Positions 62,235 to 64,000 of a DNA stretch of 64,000 nt are shown here, piece after piece. Position numbers and translations under genes: made by a program. Location: the NCBI GenBank assembly GCA_973895155.1, contig OZ316895.1, positions 14,442,225 through 14,506,224 on the forward strand, in the 5' to 3' direction. The stretch's first letter is position 1. Each line of letters starts with the position of its first letter. Origin of the DNA: Marsupella aquatica (lineage: Eukaryota > Plantae > Marchantiophyta). The notes under the pieces were generated by a model, which saw only the letters and a program-made list of their open reading frames with translations, was not told where the DNA came from and did not search any database.

Positions 62235-63420
62235 CTAGGTTGTTCTTGCATAGTTGCTGGTCAACGTGTTGTTGTGCCGGCCAGTGGCTCTAGTGACCAT
62301 GGTAGCAAGTCCCTCTGTGGCCTTCGTGATAGCAGATTTCGTTTTGAGAGTCTTTGTTTGCTGAAGAAGAATGTTAGCATGCAGCATGGCGTTGTTGAGG
62401 ATGAGATGCAGAGGAAATCTAGCAGAGGGTGCATTGAAAAATTTTGGGCATCTTTCAAGCCAAAGAGTATTAAGCATTTCAGCCAGCAAAAGCATTTGCC
62501 CTGGATTTCACTTCTGGGTCCGGATGGCAGCGTCAATCTTACCGAAAAGTGAGAACCCGACAGCTTTATCAAAAACTGTACCGTGTGCGACGTGTTCAAG
62601 GAGTCCCCAACTTTGAGTAATAGTCGGGCAGTATATGAACACGTAATCAGAATTCTCCAATGTAGTACAACTACAATTGGGACACAGACCATTGTTGAGG
62701 CCCCACTTAAGAGTGCAAGAATTAGTGAAAAAGCCAGCATGTAAAACTTTCCAAATAACAAGTCTGGCTTTAGGTGCACTCCAGCCTCTCCACAATGTTT
62801 CCATCGCTGGTGCCACATTGTGGGGTGGTGTCCAGCAAGTGCCATCTACGATTGAGATTGAGGATCGGCATGTTGCGGTCTCTGTACGTTCATGCTGGCC
62901 CAAATATGTGTGGGGAGATTCCAGCCATGTTGTTCACCATCAGCCCATTCCCAATTCCATCCTGATAGGTTAGCAAGGTGGACCTCAGCTTTTCCTTGGC
63001 TCCCAATAAGGATATTCAGTAGGCTGTTCAAGGCAAGCACCCCCGGTGGCCTGGTGGTCCTGATGTTACCTTGCATTTCAGCCAAAGTCTTCCATTGGCC
63101 AGATTCTCTGTTCTGAGCATCATGCATGTCATTAACAGTTTATACCTTCCAATTCGCAAGAAGACTCTTCAACTCGTAGTTGTCTTGTCTTGAAAGTTGT
63201 AGCTGCTTGTCAAGAAGACGCAAGAGTTGGTCAATTGAGAGAGATTGAGGCAATGTACTGGCTGAGGGTATGAACCTCATATTACTGCATGCCTTGTCCC
63301 ATCCGTTAGCACACAGTTCAGCATGGGGGCATGGGGGATTTCTTCTTTGGATAATTTGGAAGAGACTTCAGAAATTTGGATGTTGCTTGTATCATAAATT
63401 CTGTTGCTAGACACATGAGG
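62235..63420 (-). mobile_element. LINE (L1-like) ORF2 3' remnant with zf-RVT domain
   Basis: LWRGWSAPKARLVIWKVLHAGFFTN...GLCPNCSCTTLENSDYVFIYCP is a degenerate zf-RVT; frames are broken. Confidence 0.75.
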
Positions 63421-63516
63421 CATGGTTTAGATGCATCATAAAACCTCCAAAAACTCACCCCACCCGATCCTATTTTTCACTCTCATCCTAAATTTTTATT
63501 CATGTCCCCTTAGTTC

Positions 63517-63800
63517 TAGGATTACTCTTAGGTCTAGAGTTACGACTGTACCGCAGTTAGGGCTAACCTAAGTTGCAGAGTAGGTTAGGTTAGTCATGCT
63601 ATGCACGCACTATACCCAAGCGGTGTTTGCTTGCCATGGATAGAGGGAACTCAGGCTCATTGTAACGGAGCCAGTTGAGAGATAGGGAGAGTTTGTGCTG
63701 TGGATGCTTTGTATGGTCGGTTGCCCTAGAGTGTAGTGAAGCTCTTGTATGTTCCCGTGAACGTAACCTCATGTGGAGGTGAACCACATATCTCTCTTTC
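63517..63800 (+). mobile_element. Diverged LTR of the same copia family, opposite orientation
   Basis: Reverse complement of the LTR: AGGCTCATTGT.ACGGAGC.AGTTGAGAGATAGGGAGAG.TTGTGCTGTGGATGCTT..CCTCATGTGGAGGTGAACCAC. Confidence 0.85.
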
Positions 63801-64000
63801 AGTTTTGACTTTACCTGAGATACTGTGGAGTCATTGTGAGCTTTGAAATGATGATAGAAACCATGGTACATGTCATCATTTTAACATACATCATTCTCTC
63901 CATGCACATCCTTTTTTTCATGCACATGAATTTGGTGGGGCCCTGACATACTCTCCATGCACATACATTTTGGTGGGGCCCTAGAGTCACGGTCTAGAGG

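Overview
Eukaryotic, intron-rich plant nuclear DNA. It is most consistent with a flagellate-sperm plant such as a bryophyte; this is inferred from gene content and the species cannot be named. I assembled eight spliced or intact genes by hand: eIF2A (-), HOS1/ELYS-like E3 ligase (+, apparently C-terminally truncated), RPL24 (+), AGD6/7-type ArfGAP (+), centriolar CEP44 (-, not visible as one ORF in the track), an intronless bacterial-type YnfA/UPF0060 SMR-family membrane protein (-), a DUF1995-SAP fusion protein (+) and a MATE transporter (-). Five minor-spliceosome (U12-type) introns lie in the divergent eIF2A/HOS1 pair. The 38.5-49.8 kb region is a nested TE cluster. Its centre is a young full-length Ty1/copia element (40360-47164; TSD GTTAG; 4 LTR mismatches; three in-frame stops), inserted next to a decayed repeated gene with a possible TET/JBP-like 2OG-Fe(II) dioxygenase signature. 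Also present: solo and partial LTRs, LINE remnants, a dimeric ~97-bp tandem array, fold-back elements and microsatellites. No rRNA, tRNA or CRISPR array was seen. Exon boundaries were read by eye, and some internal or terminal exons (notably in CEP44) are approximate.
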